Shown: positions 29,174 to 40,706 of the stretch, in pieces
How the letters are laid out: every line of letters starts with the position of its first letter
Position numbering within the stretch: position 1 is the stretch's first letter
Source of the DNA: an uncultured Pseudomonadota bacterium
GTDB lineage: Bacteria; Vulcanimicrobiota; Vulcanimicrobiia; Eremiobacterales; Eremiobacteraceae
Length of the DNA stretch: 64,000 bases
Reading direction: 5' to 3'
Assembly: GCA_963736005.1 (NCBI GenBank)
Contig: CAVTNB010000001.1
Coordinates: 608,001-672,000 of the forward strand
Program-made: the position numbers and the translations under genes
The notes under the pieces: model-generated
Told to the model about the DNA's origin: nothing
What the model saw: the letters and a program-made list of their open reading frames with translations, nothing else
The model's database searches: none

Positions 29174-30792
29174 ATTTTTTGCCAGCTCCACGAAGCCCAC
29201 ATCGTCTCGCCCGGTCTGAAATCTGTCACCGAATCGCGGACGGCGTACGTCGTGTCGACCCATGAGAGAAATACCACAGGCACGTCTTGCGCCAATAGTT
29301 CCTGTATCTTCCAATATGCCGCGCGCCTGCCCGAAAAATCATACGTGGTGAGCGCCACCCGTTCGGCAGCATCAACGCGGGGATCGCACAAGAATGAGGT
29401 GTTGTATCCTTGCGGCGGGCGCTGATCGCACATCCATAGTGTTGATTCGTCAGGGTCAGAACCCCAGACCCAGCCGGTAACGGCGATGTCATACTTTCCC
29501 AGCGCCATGATGCCGCCCTGAGCCTTTTGCGCATAGAAAAGATTGTATGGATAGGATCGAACCTCGAGCGCGATTCCGATGTTTTTCATCGCATCTTGAA
29601 AAAGCGGCGCGAATTTTGTATCCGGCTCTCGAGCCGAAATGTAGACGAACGTCAGAGCAAGCTGCTTCCCGTTCTTGCTGCGGTACCCGGTCTGATCTGC
29701 ATGCCAGCCCGCTTCGTCCAGGAGTCTTCGCGCCTGCGCCGGATCGTACGGCGGGGCATGGACGCTAGGGTCGACCCAAGGAAGAAATGGCGGTTGATCC
29801 GTTTCCGCGACCGATCCTGTGCCATATTGAAATGCTTGGACGAAGAACTTGCGATCCACCGCCATCGCAATGGCGCGCCGCACTCGAACATCATCGAGCG
29901 GAGGATGGGTAACGTTCAGCGAGAGGTACAAGTCTTCGGCAGCAGCCTCCCGCACCATCCGGATGCCTGGCGCTCGGGCCAACTCAACGGAATGCTCGCC
30001 TCGCACAAACGCGACATCAAGTTCGTTGGAACGCAGCATCACCATCTGGGTATTCGCGTCGGGAATGATCATATAGTCAATCTGACGCAGCTTCGGCTCT
30101 CCACGCCAATAGTTTTGATTCGCAACAAGCGTCACGCCCGAACTCGGGTCGTAACGCTCGATCACGAATGGTCCTGTGCCAACCGGCTTGTTGTTGTATG
30201 CTGCGTGATTGAGGTCGGGCAGCGAGCCGAGCAGGTGCTGCGGGAGAATTGGCATGGGTACTTCGCCTGGGCCGAAGAGGGTCGCAACCGCGGGCGCGAA
30301 TCGCTCCTTGAGTCGCACGTGCACGGTGTACGGATCGACGATGGTCATGGAGGCAACTTTGTCGTATCCAAGCCGCGTCACGACATTGTTCTTCGGGTTC
30401 ATGATGGCGCGCCAGGTAAAGACGACGTCGCGCGCATCGAAAGGACTGCCGTCCTGCCAGCGAACGCCATGGCGCAAGTGATAGGTGATGGTCAATCCGT
30501 CCCGGCTGATGCCGCCGTTGTCGATGGTTGGAATGACCACAGCTAGCTCGGGATGCAGCCGGCTTTGGTCGTCTGCTACAAACAAGTAGGCACCCCAAAG
30601 ATAGGACAGATACGTTGAAGAGCCCCCGCCGGAAAGTACGGTATTGAGGTTGTCGAACTGACCGGTTGCCATGCGAAGGATGCCCGGCGCGCCGCCGACC
30701 GTGCCCCGAGAGAGTTCCACTCGCGAGCATCCAGCCACAACAACGGTGAGCAGTGCGAGCAGGAACACGAACGGGTGCTTGGTGGGCATCAT
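29170..30792 (-). CDS. Peptide ABC transporter substrate-binding lipoprotein (family 5)
   Basis: Lipobox [27 protein letters not shown]. Confidence 0.9.
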   Translation of the reverse strand: MMPTKHPFVFLLALLTVVVAGCSRVELSRGTVGGAPGILRMATGQFDNLNTVLSGGGSSTYLSYLWGAYLFVADDQSRLHPELAVVIPTIDNGGISRDGLTITYHLRHGVRWQDGSPFDARDVVFTWRAIMNPKNNVVTRLGYDKVASMTIVDPYTVHVRLKERFAPAVATLFGPGEVPMPILPQHLLGSLPDLNHAAYNNKPVGTGPFVIERYDPSSGVTLVANQNYWRGEPKLRQIDYMIIPDANTQMVMLRSNELDVAFVRGEHSVELARAPGIRMVREAAAEDLYLSLNVTHPPLDDVRVRRAIAMAVDRKFFVQAFQYGTGSVAETDQPPFLPWVDPSVHAPPYDPAQARRLLDEAGWHADQTGYRSKNGKQLALTFVYISAREPDTKFAPLFQDAMKNIGIALEVRSYPYNLFYAQKAQGGIMALGKYDIAVTGWVWGSDPDESTLWMCDQRPPQGYNTSFLCDPRVDAAERVALTTYDFSGRRAAYWKIQELLAQDVPVVFLSWVDTTYAVRDSVTDFRPGETMWASWSWQKI

Positions 30793-30851
30793 AAGCGGAG
30801 CTTCGGATGGCTGAAGGAAACTCTTTCTGACGGGTGCACGTTTAAGAAATC

Positions 30852-31691
30852 ATGCAGCACGGAAAGTTTTCCCGACGTTCGTGGATCTGTGGCATTTGTG
30901 CCGCGGGCACAGCCGCAACCCTGCCCGCATTCGTGGAACCGGCGCTAGCTGACGAACAAGCTCAAGAGCGCAGCGTTGGCCAGCAGGTGTATGACGACCA
31001 ACGCAAACAGGGACAGATACTCAACCTTTCGCCATACTATGGCGTCCTTCGCGAAGTTGGAGCAAGAATCGGGGCGGCTGCTCAGCCACATTGGTGGCCG
31101 ATGAACTTCGTGATCGTCAAGGGCACGCAGCCGAATGCTTTCTCGACGCCCGGCGGGTGGGTATACGTCAATGAGGCGCTGCTCAAAGATGCAGCCAGCA
31201 ATGACGAGCTTGCGAACGTGGTCGGTCACGAAACTGGGCATATCGTGTTGGGCCACGTGATGAATCGCATCAAGCAGGCGCAAAACCTGAATCTGCTTTT
31301 GATGCTCGGCAGCATCTTCGTTCGCAGCCAGGGAGCTGCCAACGTCTTTACCCTTGCACAGCTCGGCGCTAACTATGGGTTCCTCAACTTTAGCCGACAA
31401 CAAGAATATCAGGCCGATCATGAAGGCGTGATTCTTGCGGCGAAAGCTAACTACAACCCGTACGGTATGATCTGGTTTTTCCGCACGCTCGAGAAAATCA
31501 CAGGCAACCCATCAGGGTTCGAACAGGCGGTGCAGGATCATCCCTCCACGCCCGACCGTATCGCTCGCTTGCAACACTTTTTTGCGAGCGACCCGGGGCA
31601 GTTTGGCAAATGGAAAGATAACAAAACGGTGACATCTGGTCTGCGTCAGTCAAGTGGTGCGAGCGCGCAATTGGTGCTGACGCCGGCGTAG
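30852..31691 (+). CDS. M48 family metalloprotease with Tat-like signal
   Basis: SRR signal, NAFSTPGG, HETGH, FSRQQEYQAD, HPSTPDR. Confidence 0.9.
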   Translation: MQHGKFSRRSWICGICAAGTAATLPAFVEPALADEQAQERSVGQQVYDDQRKQGQILNLSPYYGVLREVGARIGAAAQPHWWPMNFVIVKGTQPNAFSTPGGWVYVNEALLKDAASNDELANVVGHETGHIVLGHVMNRIKQAQNLNLLLMLGSIFVRSQGAANVFTLAQLGANYGFLNFSRQQEYQADHEGVILAAKANYNPYGMIWFFRTLEKITGNPSGFEQAVQDHPSTPDRIARLQHFFASDPGQFGKWKDNKTVTSGLRQSSGASAQLVLTPA

Positions 31692-31692
31692 C

Positions 31693-31720
31693 TGTAGGGG
31701 GCGATTGGAAAATCGACCCT
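31693..31720. repeat. GTAG-type REP-like palindrome, family B
   Basis: TGTAG-GGGGCGATTGGAAAATCGACCC. Confidence 0.65.
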
Positions 31721-31763
31721 CGGTGACTGGCAGTCGGCCCAACGCGTCATCGATTCGAATGGA

Positions 31764-32141
31764 TTATTTGATTTCGGCGGTCGCGCCTTGCTCCTCGAGC
31801 TTAGCCTTGATCGCCGCAGCCTCATCCTTTGTGACCCCGGTCTTCACCGGCTTGGGAGCACCCTCTACGAGGTCCTTGGCTTCTTTCAGACCGAGCCCCG
31901 GAACCACTTCGCGCACTGCCTTGATGACGTTGATCTTCTTCTCGCCCGCGCTGATCAGGTGCACGTCAAACTCGGTCTTCGCTTCCGCCGGTGCGGCCGC
32001 GCCCCCGCCCGCTGCTGCGGCAACCATCGCCACCGGGGCAGCTGCGGAAACACCATATTTATCTTCAAGGGTTTTGACCAGCTCGGCAAGTTCGAGGACG
32101 GTCAGCTTGTCGATCTGTTCGATGATTTCGGTGACAGCCAT
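31764..32141 (-). CDS. rplL: 50S ribosomal protein L7/L12
   Basis: [26 protein letters not shown]. Confidence 0.97.
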   Translation of the reverse strand: MAVTEIIEQIDKLTVLELAELVKTLEDKYGVSAAAPVAMVAAAAGGGAAAPAEAKTEFDVHLISAGEKKINVIKAVREVVPGLGLKEAKDLVEGAPKPVKTGVTKDEAAAIKAKLEEQGATAEIK

Positions 32142-32200
32142 GATGTGTGTTTTTTCCTTTCTCAAACGCGCGAAGACATTCGCGCGACACTAAAAAGTAA

Positions 32201-32728
32201 TTACGCAGCGGCTTCGGTGCGCTTCGTGTGAAGCGCGCCGAGCAACTGAACGAGTTTTCGTCGGTTACCATGCAGCACCAAAACGATGCCGTTCAGCGGC
32301 GACTTTAAGCTACCCACCAGTTTGGCCAGCAGCTCGGGCCGGGACGGTACTTTCGAAAGTGCTTCGATCTTCTTGAGGTCGTAGAAGACTCCGTCGATCA
32401 AACCCGCCTTGATCTGCAGTTTTTTCGATTCGTTGGCGAATTGTACGAGGGCTTTTGCTGCAGCGACGATGTCGTCACCGATAAAGGCAATGCCCGTTGG
32501 ACCAGCGAGCAATGTTTTGAGCTGCGCGAGCCGTTCCTCGCCGAGTGCTTTCCCAAAGAGCGTGTTCTTGATGACCGCATATTGAGCCGCGCTCTTGCGG
32601 AGCGACTGCCGCAACGTGCGCAGCTCGCCAACGGTGAGCCCTCGGTAGTCGGTTAAGAAAAAGTTCGGGCTCGCGTCGACGCGAGCGCGCAACTCCTTGA
32701 TGGTTTCATTTTTTCGTTCTGTTGGCAT
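32201..32728 (-). CDS. rplJ: 50S ribosomal protein L10
   Basis: DYRGLTV, KNTL, GPT. Confidence 0.96.
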   Translation of the reverse strand: MPTERKNETIKELRARVDASPNFFLTDYRGLTVGELRTLRQSLRKSAAQYAVIKNTLFGKALGEERLAQLKTLLAGPTGIAFIGDDIVAAAKALVQFANESKKLQIKAGLIDGVFYDLKKIEALSKVPSRPELLAKLVGSLKSPLNGIVLVLHGNRRKLVQLLGALHTKRTEAAA

Positions 32729-32782
32729 AAAACAAAAACGCTTTCTCCGGTTTCCGATGGAGAAAGCGCTTCCAAGTTTCTC

Positions 32783-32808
32783 GTCGCGAATGAATTCGCG
32801 ACCCTACA
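32783..32808. repeat. GTAG-type REP-like palindrome, family A
   Basis: GTCGCGAATGAATTCGCGAC-CCTACA. Confidence 0.7.
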
Positions 32809-32816
32809 TTGGTTGC

Positions 32817-32878
32817 TTCCTCGGCGGGTCCTCTCGGCTTCGCGCGACGTTTCGGTCGCGGCCCGCTGTCATCGGGTT
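32817..32878 (-). promoter_or_regulatory. Ribosomal protein L10 leader (autoregulatory RNA)
   Basis: CCGATGACAGCGGG...CCCGCCGAGG pattern between rplA and rplJ. Confidence 0.7.
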
Positions 32879-32881
32879 GAA

Positions 32882-32907
32882 CGCGCGAATAAATTCGCGC
32901 GACTACA
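32882..32907. repeat. GTAG-type REP-like palindrome, family A
   Basis: CGCGCGAATAAATTCGCGCG-ACTACA. Confidence 0.75.
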
Positions 32908-32918
32908 TTTTGATTTCT

Positions 32919-33617
32919 CTAGGCGGCGGCTTTCAACCTCGTCGGATCCACCCGCACTCCGGGGCCCATCGTTGTGGTGACGGTGATACTTTTGAGGTAG
33001 GTCCCCTTGGCGGACGCCGGCTTTGCCCGAACGATCGCGTCCATCAGCGTGGTGAAATTCTCAAGCAACGCCTCTTTGGTGAACGATGCTTTGCCGATGA
33101 TGCAGTGGATAACCGCAGCTTTGTCGGGCCGATACTCAATCTTGCCCGCTTTGATTTCAGCGACTGCTTGACGGATGTTTTGCGTGACCGTTCCCACCTT
33201 TGGGTTGGGCATGCGCTGCGCGAGGATCTTTCCAAGGTTTGAACCGACGGCGCCCATCATGTCCGGCGTCGCGACCGCGATATCGAAATCGTTCCAACCA
33301 CCCTTAATGCGATCGATGAGATCTTGATCGCCGACCACATCCGCCCCCGCCTCTGTTGCTTCCTTCGCCTTCTCACCCTTCGCAAAAACGATCACTCGCT
33401 TGCTCTTGCCCGTGCCGTGCGGAAGCACGACCGTGCCGCGCACGTTCTGTTCGCTCTTCTTCATGTCGATGCCGAGACGAATGTGTACTTCGACGGTCTC
33501 GTCAAACTTGGCTTTGGCCGTCGCTTTGATGAAGTCGATTGCCTTGGCCGCGTCCTTGAGCCGCTCTTCGCCCAGCGTCTTGACGCTCTCGTTATACTTC
33601 TTACCGTGCTTTCTCAT
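32919..33617 (-). CDS. rplA: 50S ribosomal protein L1
   Basis: [24 protein letters not shown]. Confidence 0.97.
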   Translation of the reverse strand: MRKHGKKYNESVKTLGEERLKDAAKAIDFIKATAKAKFDETVEVHIRLGIDMKKSEQNVRGTVVLPHGTGKSKRVIVFAKGEKAKEATEAGADVVGDQDLIDRIKGGWNDFDIAVATPDMMGAVGSNLGKILAQRMPNPKVGTVTQNIRQAVAEIKAGKIEYRPDKAAVIHCIIGKASFTKEALLENFTTLMDAIVRAKPASAKGTYLKSITVTTTMGPGVRVDPTRLKAAA

Positions 33618-33619
33618 TG

Positions 33620-34041
33620 CTACCCAACCTCGATTCCCATCGAGCGCGCGGTGCCCGCGATAACCTTCATCGCTGCGTCAATATCATTGGCGTTGAGATC
33701 GGCCATCTTTGCCTGCGCGATCTCCCGGCATTTCTCGAGTGAGATCTTGCCGACTTTCTTGCGGTTTGGCTCGCCCGAGCCTTTTTCGACACCCGCCGCC
33801 TTCTTGAGGAGCTCTGACGCCGGCGGCGTCTTGAGCACGAATGTGAAGGAGCGATCCTCAAAGACCGTAATGACGGCCGGGATGATCTGCCCTGCCTGAC
33901 TCGCGGTTCGCTCGTTGTAGGCTTTGCAGAACTCCATGATGTTGATCCCATGCTGGCCAAGCGCTGGACCAACGGGCGGCGCGGGCGTCGCTTTGCCAGC
34001 TTGGCACTGAAGGTTATTTTCGCTAAGACTTTTTTTGCCAC
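33620..34041 (-). CDS. rplK: 50S ribosomal protein L11 (one frameshift near the 5' end, probably an artefact)
   Basis: VAKKVLAKI in one frame; [30 protein letters not shown] in the next. Confidence 0.9.
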
Positions 34042-34042
34042 G

Positions 34043-34663
34043 TTATACCTTTTCGACTTGATAGAATTCGAGTTCGACCGGCGTTTCCCGGCCAAAAATT
34101 GAGATCAGCGCGCGCAAGCGTTCCTTTTGCGGGTCGATCTCGTCCACCGTGCCGGTGAAATCGAAGAACGGCCCCGAGGTGACTTTGACGCGGTCGCCTT
34201 TCTTGAAGTCGATCTTGAGCTTCGGCGTCTCGATGCCCATCTGTTTAAGAATCGTCTTCACTTCTTTGTCGGCCAGCGGCAGCGGTTTTTCTCCGGAGCC
34301 CAGGCGAGCCCACGAAACCGGTGACGCCTTGCGTGTTGCGCACGACATACCAAGACTGGTCGGTCATCTTCATCTCGACGAGCACATAGCCCGGGTAGAC
34401 CTTCTTTTCGACCTCGTTACGCTTGCCTTCCTTAAACTCAACCTCTTTGTCCGTTGGCACGAGAACGCGATACACGAAGTCCTGCATGGTCATCGACTTG
34501 ATGCGCCGCTCGAGATTGGCCTTGACCTTGTTCTCGTAGCCCGAATAGGTATGAATGACGATACCACTTACGGTCCGGGATCGCTCGACGATGCGCCATT
34601 TCCTCGGCTGAGGGCGGCCGCAAGTCGCTGCTCGGGCTCCGCTGCTTCTACTTCTTCAGACAC
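34043..34663 (-). CDS. nusG: Transcription factor NusG (several frameshifts, probably artefacts)
   Basis: KWY, IHTYSGYENKVK, YPGYVLVEM, GVTGFVG, KOW GPF, IFGRETPVEL spread over frames. Confidence 0.88.
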
Positions 34664-34667
34664 GGAT

Positions 34668-34964
34668 TTATTTCTGCGATTCCTGACGAACTTCGAGGAT
34701 GACGCTGATAAGCTGCGTCCACAGCGCAACGACAACCACCAGGCCAACGACAACGGCAGTGTCGCCGAGACCCACTCCTCGCGGCTTGGCCAGGTGACGC
34801 GCTTCATCTCCGAAACGATAGCGCGGAAGCCGTGAGGAATGCGCGCGCCAGCGCCGCTCGCGCTCTTCAGCGCGCGCCTCTTCTCTTTGTCCTTCTCTTT
34901 TGGTTCGGGCTTGCACTCGATCCGTTTGCCGACGCTGTCTGCCCGGCGCCGTGATGCGCTTCAC
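34668..34964 (-). CDS. secE: Preprotein translocase subunit SecE (frameshifted)
   Basis: EMKRVTWPSREE then TM in another frame; sits between tRNA-Trp and nusG. Confidence 0.8.
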   Translation of the reverse strand: MKRITAPGRQRRQTDRVQARTKREGQREEARAEERERRWRAHSSRLPRYRFGDEARHLAKPRGVGLGDTAVVVGLVVVVALWTQLISVILEVRQESQK

Positions 34965-35008
34965 TGGTCTTCCTTTTGTCGCGAATAAATTCGACGACAC
35001 AACATTTC

Positions 35009-35084
35009 TGGCAGGGCGGACAGGACTCGAACCTGCAACCAACGGTTTTGGAGACCGCTACTCTACCAATTGAGCTACCGCCCT
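35009..35084 (-). tRNA. tRNA-Trp(CCA)
   Basis: Cloverleaf, anticodon CCA, GTTCGA, encoded CCA end. Confidence 0.96.
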
Positions 35085-35253
35085 ATCGTGTCTCGTTCTT
35101 GTGTGCCGTGTGGCAACTTGCACCAGCGACAATATTTCTTGCAGCTCAAGCCGCGCTGATCGTGTGCTGCCGATTCTTCATCGTCGTGTAGTTGCGTCGC
35201 TTGCAGTCGCCGCACGCAAGCGTCACGATCACTCGATTGTCCTTTTTTGCCAT
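35083..35253 (-). CDS. rpmG: 50S ribosomal protein L33, Zn-binding type (frameshifted)
   Basis: [21 protein letters not shown]...KKYCRWC...ETR spread over frames. Confidence 0.85.
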
Positions 35254-35258
35254 CTCTG

Positions 35259-36459
<1,201 letters not shown>

Positions 36460-36537
36460 TTCTTCCTTCGGAGATCGTTGCCCGGAGGGACAAGCTAACG
36501 CACACCCCGGGTTTCCGGAGTGTGAAAGTTAAAAGTT

Positions 36538-36611
36538 CGCGCCCGAGAGGACTTGAACCTCCAACCTACGGCTTAGGAGTCCATCGCTCTATCCAGTTGA
36601 GCTACGGGCGC
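36538..36611 (-). tRNA. tRNA-Arg(CCT)
   Basis: Cloverleaf, anticodon CCT, no encoded CCA. Confidence 0.93.
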
Positions 36612-36643
36612 ACCTTTCGAAAATCATTCGACGAAAGATTCCA

Positions 36644-36715
36644 AGCCCCCGGCGGGGATTGAACCCGCGGCCTCGTCCTTACCAAGGACGCGCTCTACCA
36701 CTGAGCTACAAGGGC
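36644..36715 (-). tRNA. tRNA-Thr(GGT)
   Basis: Cloverleaf, anticodon GGT. Confidence 0.93.
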
Positions 36716-36731
36716 ACACCTCAGCCTCCAC

Positions 36732-36760
36732 ATATTATCGGAAGCGGCTCGCGCTTTCAA
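36732..36760 (-). promoter_or_regulatory. Candidate sigma70 promoter for tRNA-Thr/Arg-tuf
   Basis: TTGAAA-N17-TAATAT on the minus strand, 16 nt before tRNA-Thr. Confidence 0.55.
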
Positions 36761-36815
36761 GTGCAAACACGTCCACTAGCGAACTCCGCGTTTCTCAGTG
36801 CGACACAAGTCTCCC

Positions 36816-37241
36816 TTAGCGCAACCCAACCTGCAGCGCGAGAAACCGCGGTTGCATCTGCCGGTAGAGCTCGGCGTATGCAGGGTCTTCCGACGCGTGT
36901 TGCTTGACGATTTCGAGCGCATTTATTCCCATCGTTGTGTAGCGTGAGGATTGCACGCGATCTCCCAATTTGAAGCCAACGTACGCCATGATGTACTCGC
37001 CTTCGATGGTCGAAGAAACCGCGACCTCGGTATCTCCGCAGGCATGGCCCATGGTCATGAGTTCGTGACCCACGAGATGAGCCTTGTAGAGATCCCCGCT
37101 CTTGAGCAACGCGTACCCTTGATTTGCGGCAGCGTTGAGGTGCGCGCCGTCGCAACTTGCGCTTGCGCTTTTTGAATCCGCGTTGTGCGAGCAAGCAACG
37201 CAACACAGCGCGAGAGCAACTACGGCAAGGAACAGTCTCAT
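36816..37241 (-). CDS. Hypothetical helical lipoprotein
   Basis: Lipobox-like CVAC; ATGA overlap with upstream small ORF. Confidence 0.6.
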   Translation of the reverse strand: MRLFLAVVALALCCVACSHNADSKSASASCDGAHLNAAANQGYALLKSGDLYKAHLVGHELMTMGHACGDTEVAVSSTIEGEYIMAYVGFKLGDRVQSSRYTTMGINALEIVKQHASEDPAYAELYRQMQPRFLALQVGLR

Positions 37242-37360
37242 TTATTGCGTCGCATCCATTTTGGGAGCAAGCGGTCGGGAAGAAAGGGAATCCAAAAGGG
37301 GATGCTGAGGACGACCAAGATCGCAGCGAGCTCAGCGCCGAGACGCGCGTTCTCGGACAT
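37238..37360 (-). CDS. 40-aa single-TM small protein
   Basis: MSENARLGAELAAILVVLSIPFWIPFLPDRLLPKWMRRNK; GGAG RBS, starts 2 nt after the RND stop. Confidence 0.55.
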   Translation of the reverse strand: MSENARLGAELAAILVVLSIPFWIPFLPDRLLPKWMRRNK

Positions 37361-37362
37361 GC

Positions 37363-40300
37363 CTAGACTCCGGTCCCCACGACTGACTGAAGTTCCTTCG
37401 CTGTCGAGGGCGCGCGGCGGCGCGATACGAAGCGGCCGCCGGAGCGGCGCGCAATCCACAGATACAAAGTCGGAACGACGAGCAATGACAGGAAGGTCGA
37501 CGCTATCAATCCGCCGATGACGACCGTGGCCAACGGCGCTTGAGTCGAGCTTCCTGCTTCGATGCCGATCGCCAAGGGTAGCATGCCGCCGATCGTCGCG
37601 AACGTGGTCATGAGGATGGGACGCAAGCGGATAGGACCGGCGCGAAGGAGCGCGTCACGTGCTTCGACTCCCTCTTCGCGAAGTTGTTTGGTGAACTCGA
37701 CCACAAGAATAGAATTCTTGACCGCAATACCCACGAGCATAAGCGAACCGATAAACGCGGTGAGGCCAAAGGCGCGCTGCGTAATGATCAGCGATCCAAC
37801 AATACCGACTAGCGACAATGGGACTGCGGTCATGATGACCAGCGGATCGACGTATGACTCAAACTGCGCTGCAAGCAGCATATAAATGAGGACGACCGCG
37901 AGGGCGACGGCAAGCCAGAGAGCATTGAAGCTTGTTTCTCCACGCTGAATTTCTGGTCCGTACTCCCAACGATAGCCTGCCGGCAAAGGATAGTTCCGCA
38001 TGATCGCGCCCGCATCTGCCACGACAGGACCTTGTGGGCGTCCGCTGATTGGAGCTCCGATCTCCACGCGGCGCTGACGATCCTCGCGGCTGATGGCAGA
38101 GGGGCCGAGGCCGGTGGTGAGGTTCGCTACATTGGCGAGCGTCCCCAAGATAGGCCCCCCGGCCGCACCGCCCTGGGCAACGCCGGAAGGCGTGAACTCG
38201 ACGCCTTGTATTGACGAAAACGAGCGTCGCTGATTTGGGGGAAGTTCCACGATAATTGGATATTGGACGCCGTTAATCTGGTAGTAGGAGGCGATCGTGC
38301 CATTGGTCGCCGTGCTGATCAGGTTCGCGAGATCGCCTGTGCCCATACCAGACATCATGAGTCGGGTGCGGTTGATCGTGACGTCGATTTCAGGCTGAGA
38401 ATTGGTGACGTTCTTATCCGGATCACCAACGCCTGGAATCTTGGAAATCGCGGCCATGACGCCGTCGGCAATTGTCTGCAAGCGGTTCACGTCCGGACCG
38501 AAAATTTCAAGTTCGAGCGCGGTTTGGTGCTGCGAGATCTGTTGCTGCACGATATCAACGGTCTGCCCGCGGGCAATGGTGCCAATCATGGCACTTTGCA
38601 GCGCCGCGTTCTGGGCACCAGCCGTCGGACCTTTGGCATTGAGCCGAGCTCGCCACTCCTGGACGAAGCTGGCCGCGGCGGCGCCGCTCGTGCCAGGCTT
38701 CAACGCAATCTGAATGCTAGCGCGGTTGGTGAGCGACCGCGCGTTATTGCCGTTGCCTGTCTGACCGACGATTGCGCCGACCTCCTCAACGCGCGGATCC
38801 GCACGGAATGCGTTCTCAACCATTTGGGAGATGTGGTTCGTTACATCCAACGCGGTGCCGTTCGGCGCCTGAAGATCGAATTGAACGAAGCGCGAGTCAG
38901 ATGGCGGGAAAATTTCGGTGGGAACGACTCCCAGTGCCACGACGAGCACCGTAATCCCAAGCAATGCCGCAGATGAGCCAAAAACGATGCGAGGCCGATC
39001 CAAACAATACGCAAGCGCTCTGCGGTAGGCGTTCTCAAAGCGCGAGTAACCGGCTTCGAACGACTCGGCAAACGATCTCCTGGGGCTGGCTTGCGGCAGA
39101 CCCTCGCCTTTACGCCGAAGCAGTTCGGCGGAGAGCATGGGTACCGTGAGGACAGCAACGAGCAGAGAAAGAGCGACCGCGCTCATGATGACAAGGGCGA
39201 ACGGAGCAAAAATAAGTTTCTGCTGCCCGGGCACCATGAGCAGCGGGAAAAACACGGTGACCACGGTGACCGTCGATGCAACGACGGCTCCCAATATCTG
39301 GGTCGTTGCCCCTTCAGCTGCATCGGTCGGCGTCATCCCTGTTTTCAAGAAACGCGAGATGTTCTCGATCACGACGACCGCGTCATCAACGATCAAGCCC
39401 ACGGCCAAAGCCAATCCTCCTAGCGTCATCACGTTGATGGATTGATGGGCCGCATACATTACATACAGCGTTCCAAGAATTGACACCGGCAGCGAGATGG
39501 CAACGATAACCGTCGCGCGCCACGTGTGGAGAAACAGTAAAATGATCAAGACCGCGAGCACGGCGCCATACAACGCCGTGTGCTCGAGCGCGGCAAGAGC
39601 CATCAAAATGAATTCGCGCTGATCGAGCAAGGTCGCGAATTGAATCGTGGGATAGCGTTGACGGATGTCGTTGATTTTTGCCAGCAGTCCGACTGCCACC
39701 GAGACGATGTTGGCATCGGGTTGGGCGGTAATCGTCATCTGGACCGACGGCTTGCCGTTCACGCGTGAGAAAATGCGTTGTTCTTGAATGGAGTCGCTGA
39801 CTTTGGCAATGTCTTTGAGTTCGACGGGGGCGCCGCCCGCGATGGCGACGATTGTGTTGCCAATTTGATCAGGCGCTGTGTAGAGAGCGTTTGTCCGGAT
39901 GCCGTATTCGCTGGCGCCAATCTTCACCACGCCGGCGGGCAGATCGACGTTCTCATTCTTGATGCGCGAAACGAGTTGATCTAGCGTCAGACCCAACGCG
40001 GCAAGCCGATGCTCGTCGGGTTCAATCATGATCGCTCGCTGCGTCACCCCCGATACGCCCACACTTCCAACGCCATGAACTGAAGCAAGTTCATCAGACA
40101 GTGCGTTGACGATGAGATCCGAGAGATCGCGGGGTGCGCGGGTGGGGTCGGTTATCTGCAGTTGGAGCACGGGGGTCGCGTTCGGATCGGCCTTGATGAT
40201 TTGCGGCTCTTGGAGGAGCGGATCGTTCGGCAAGGATGCGCGGATGCGCGCGACTTGCTGCTGGACGTCAACCGCCGCAACGTTGATGTCGGTTCCGTAA

Positions 40301-40587
40301 TCGAACTGCACGCGCACCGTCGACTGCCCCTGAAATGAGTTGGATTCGAGGATATCGATGCCCGAGACTCGACTAACCGCATTCTCGATCGGTCTTGTTA
40401 TGGTGCTTTCGATTGTCTCAGGTAGTGCATTACCGTACGATGTGCTAACGGTGAGGACGGGCGGCGCAAACGAAGGAAGCAGGGCAACCGCTAGCCGAGG
40501 CGCGGCAAAAAAACCAAGCACGACGATCGCGGCGGTGAGCATCGCGACAGCCACCCGACGGGTGACAGCGAAACGCGCTATGGACAT
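37363..40587 (-). CDS. RND family efflux permease (AcrB/SwrC-like)
   Basis: GLIVDDAVVVIEN, GIAVKN, RLRPILMTT. Confidence 0.95.
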   Translation of the reverse strand: MSIARFAVTRRVAVAMLTAAIVVLGFFAAPRLAVALLPSFAPPVLTVSTSYGNALPETIESTITRPIENAVSRVSGIDILESNSFQGQSTVRVQFDYGTDINVAAVDVQQQVARIRASLPNDPLLQEPQIIKADPNATPVLQLQITDPTRAPRDLSDLIVNALSDELASVHGVGSVGVSGVTQRAIMIEPDEHRLAALGLTLDQLVSRIKNENVDLPAGVVKIGASEYGIRTNALYTAPDQIGNTIVAIAGGAPVELKDIAKVSDSIQEQRIFSRVNGKPSVQMTITAQPDANIVSVAVGLLAKINDIRQRYPTIQFATLLDQREFILMALAALEHTALYGAVLAVLIILLFLHTWRATVIVAISLPVSILGTLYVMYAAHQSINVMTLGGLALAVGLIVDDAVVVIENISRFLKTGMTPTDAAEGATTQILGAVVASTVTVVTVFFPLLMVPGQQKLIFAPFALVIMSAVALSLLVAVLTVPMLSAELLRRKGEGLPQASPRRSFAESFEAGYSRFENAYRRALAYCLDRPRIVFGSSAALLGITVLVVALGVVPTEIFPPSDSRFVQFDLQAPNGTALDVTNHISQMVENAFRADPRVEEVGAIVGQTGNGNNARSLTNRASIQIALKPGTSGAAAASFVQEWRARLNAKGPTAGAQNAALQSAMIGTIARGQTVDIVQQQISQHQTALELEIFGPDVNRLQTIADGVMAAISKIPGVGDPDKNVTNSQPEIDVTINRTRLMMSGMGTGDLANLISTATNGTIASYYQINGVQYPIIVELPPNQRRSFSSIQGVEFTPSGVAQGGAAGGPILGTLANVANLTTGLGPSAISREDRQRRVEIGAPISGRPQGPVVADAGAIMRNYPLPAGYRWEYGPEIQRGETSFNALWLAVALAVVLIYMLLAAQFESYVDPLVIMTAVPLSLVGIVGSLIITQRAFGLTAFIGSLMLVGIAVKNSILVVEFTKQLREEGVEARDALLRAGPIRLRPILMTTFATIGGMLPLAIGIEAGSSTQAPLATVVIGGLIASTFLSLLVVPTLYLWIARRSGGRFVSRRRAPSTAKELQSVVGTGV

Positions 40588-40656
40588 GTCTTTGACGCTT
40601 GCCCTCCTGCTTTTGCAAATTCAAATGTAATGGGAGTCGCTCCTATGACCAAAAGA

Positions 40657-40680
40657 GAAAGCCCACATGTGTGGGCTTTC
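40657..40680. terminator. Intrinsic terminator hairpin
   Basis: GAAAGCCCAC-ATGT-GTGGGCTTTC followed by a T-rich tract on the minus strand. Confidence 0.75.
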
Positions 40681-40706
40681 AGTGAAGTGAGCTTACGGTG
40701 CGAAAG

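Noticed and set aside
28280..30546. Long antisense ORFs (28280-29314 and 29527-30546) and similar ones elsewhere
   Set aside because: Shadow ORFs opposite well-supported genes, expected in GC-rich DNA
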